DNA of 64,000 nt, taken from Octopus sinensis. Lineage: Eukaryota. Positions within the stretch are counted from its first letter, which is position 1. The number at the start of each line of letters is the position of its first letter. The stretch lies in contig NC_042997.1 in NCBI RefSeq assembly GCF_006345805.1, positions 87,544,001 to 87,608,000 on the forward strand, in the 5' to 3' direction. The notes under the pieces were generated by a model. The model saw nothing but the letters and a program-made list of their open reading frames with translations, was not told where the DNA came from and did not search any database. A program made the position numbers and the translations under genes. Positions 61,900 to 64,000 of the stretch are shown one piece after another.

Positions 61900-63590
61900 G
61901 CGTTCAAAAGAGCTCTGTATTTTGTGATAAAGAACGACTCTTTACTAATTCATTGGCTACAGGTTGTATCGTCCCTGAATTGATAGAGGAGAAAAATTTT
62001 GAAGCTTGGTTTTTTGTTATTGACGCAAATGTCGATGTGTTGGCTGAATGCTATTTTTCTGTTTTTTTGGAATTTTGATCTGGGATCTGTGCAGAGCCAT
62101 CCCTTGATGTAGACTGTTTTTTGTTTGGCCTATGCATTGCTCTTGACACCCAGAGCAGGTTAGTGCATATATATGGTTCTCCAAACCACATATGAAGCTG
62201 CTTTTCACTGTGAAACGTCCCTGTTTGAAGTAGAACTCTGATCCCTCAATTAAATTGACGCATATCCCACAGTTGGGTCTTCCACATTTTTTACTGACAG
62301 CTTCAGTGTTGTTAAGCATATTTGGGCTTGTGTTAGAAGACTTTTCATAGATTTGGGCTGTCTCTTGCTTTTTATGATGGTGTGTGTTTGAAGGATTAAG
62401 TTCATTCTCTGGTCCTTTTTTAGCAGGGGAATGTTTTGAAGGATGGTGTTGAAGGCTTCCTTGTTAAGGAGGTGTGTGTGTAGAGATGTATGGTAGGGTT
62501 TTTGGTTGTAAATCCTTCTATAATGTTGAGTTGTAGGGCATGTTGAAAGCATATGTCAGTTAGTGAAGGTGGGTAGTTACTGGTGATGAATGTATCCTTT
62601 AGTTCATGTAGTCATATGTCCTGGTGCTTGCATTAGGAACTATGAAACTATAGTACAGATCCTTTTTGCTAGGTTGAAGGGGATATTCATTCTGGTGTGT
62701 CTGGGATGGCATGAGTTGAATGGTAGATATTTCTTGGAGTCCGTGAGGTTATAGTATATATCTGTTTCTATTACGTTGTTAGATTTCTTAATGAGGATGT
62801 CAAGGAAGGGAAGTTGTTGATGTTTGTATTCCATTGTGAACTGAATGTTTACATCAAGTCCATTTATAAGTGCTTGAAATTCTTTAAGCCTCTCTATACT
62901 TTCATGCCAAAGAATGAAACAGTCATCCAGATATCTCTTCCAGTTATTTTCTATGTAGAGGGAGAATGGGTTGCCGTATTTTTCTAGTACCTTACAATAA
63001 AGACCAATTTCTAGATATCCATGGAGGGAGCCATTCTTGTACCCATCGCAGTCCCCAATTTTTGTTGATAGAAGTTGTCTTTGAAAATGAAGTAGTTATT
63101 CTCCAAGATAAATTTTAGCCCATCTATCACGAATTCTTTTTTGATGTGATGCGGGAGTTTGATGGCATAATTCTCTAGCCAGAATTGAATTGCCTCTATT
63201 CCTAGGCTGTGGAGGATATTGGAATAGAGATTGACTACATCTGGAATAGAGATTGACTACATCGAAGGATACTAGTAGGGTGTTTTTGTTTATTGTTTCA
63301 GGAAGGTGATTGAGCATATCCAGGTTGTCCCTTATGTAGCTTTTGACATGCTTGAGGAATGGTTTTAAGAGGGTATCTAAAAGGTTACTGAGGTGGTGGG
63401 TTTTGCATGTGGGACCTGCTATTATAGGTTTTAATTTGAGGTCACTAAGAGTAGGGATTTTGATTATCATGTCTATGGCTTTCCTGCATGTGTTACTTAT
63501 TTTCTCATGCAGGGTGCAATGGGTGAATTGTCGCCATTTTATATTTTTAATTTCGTACATACGCATTGTTTGTTTTTGATTTTGTTGACT
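61900..63590 (-). pseudogene. Penelope-like element RT plus GIY-YIG, lineage 1 (same as 29381-30369)
   Basis: LKPIIAGP, LVSFDVVNLYS, ILENNYF...GTAMGT..AP, IQFTME...LPFLDILI...CHPRHTRMNIPFNLAKRI, CGRPNCGIC...IYALTC..C....IGQT; 22-bp tandem duplication at 63220-63263. Confidence 0.92.
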
Positions 63591-63593
63591 ACA

Positions 63594-64000
63594 CAGTATA
63601 GTAGGGTCAGTTGGGCATTGTCTGTGAGAAAAATACCACCATGATGCAATTCACTGCCAGAAATTTGGAAACAAAATGCTGTACTACTTGGAATTCATGT
63701 GAGAAGCTCCAATACGAACATTTCCGAGTATTTGGGTGTGAATCTGAGGATAGTGCGATCTGAAGACATGTACCAAGAGTGATAAAAATCAAACATCCAG
63801 TCAACATCATGGTGTTTGGAGTGATCACTAGTGATGGCGACATTATGCCTCCATTCATCTTCCCACATGTCCTCAGACTTAACACAGAGGCCTACATCAA
63901 GTGCCTGGAGAAGATAGTGCTGCCCTGGGTGATGAGGGTGGCTGCTAGAAGACCTTATGTCTGGCAACAGGACTCTGCCCCATGCCACACATGCGAAAGA
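63594..64000 (+). mobile_element. Internally deleted maT/DD37D-like transposon, runs off the window end
   Basis: N-terminal EIWKQNAVLLGIH...LGVNLR fused out of frame to KHPVNIMVFGVITSDGDIMPPFIF...LNTEAYIKCL...YVWQQDSAPCHT. Confidence 0.85.

Noticed and set aside
1-64000. CRISPR arrays, prokaryotic operons, rRNA genes
   Set aside because: No regularly spaced repeat-spacer arrays, no gene-dense regions and no rRNA motifs; the sequence is eukaryotic repeat-rich DNA.

Overview
AT-rich, microsatellite-dense eukaryotic (metazoan) genomic DNA that is almost entirely non-coding and transposon-derived. The tRNA-SINE families and simple-repeat content look like an Octopus/cephalopod genome (recognition from memory, not a database search). 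Contents: a decayed Ty3/Gypsy pol fragment with probable PPT and 3' LTR; three Penelope-like element (PLE) remnants with GIY-YIG endonuclease, from two lineages; several RTE LINE fragments; one R4/Dong-type restriction-like endonuclease fragment; mariner, Tc1 and maT transposase remnants; piggyBac-type and mariner-type MITEs; a young 556-bp foldback palindrome; and dozens of copies of three SINE families. One good candidate host exon lies at 14810-15156 (+). The most notable unannotated signal is a set of about 7 sequence-unrelated type I hammerhead-ribozyme (HHR) motifs, most with a palindromic stem III (dimer-type minimal HHRs as described for PLEs). One lies directly downstream of a PLE GIY-YIG ORF and two lie about 270 nt apart in an ORF-less unit. 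All folds, alignments and translations were done by eye; repeat boundaries are approximate (tens of bp) unless a TIR or motif is quoted.
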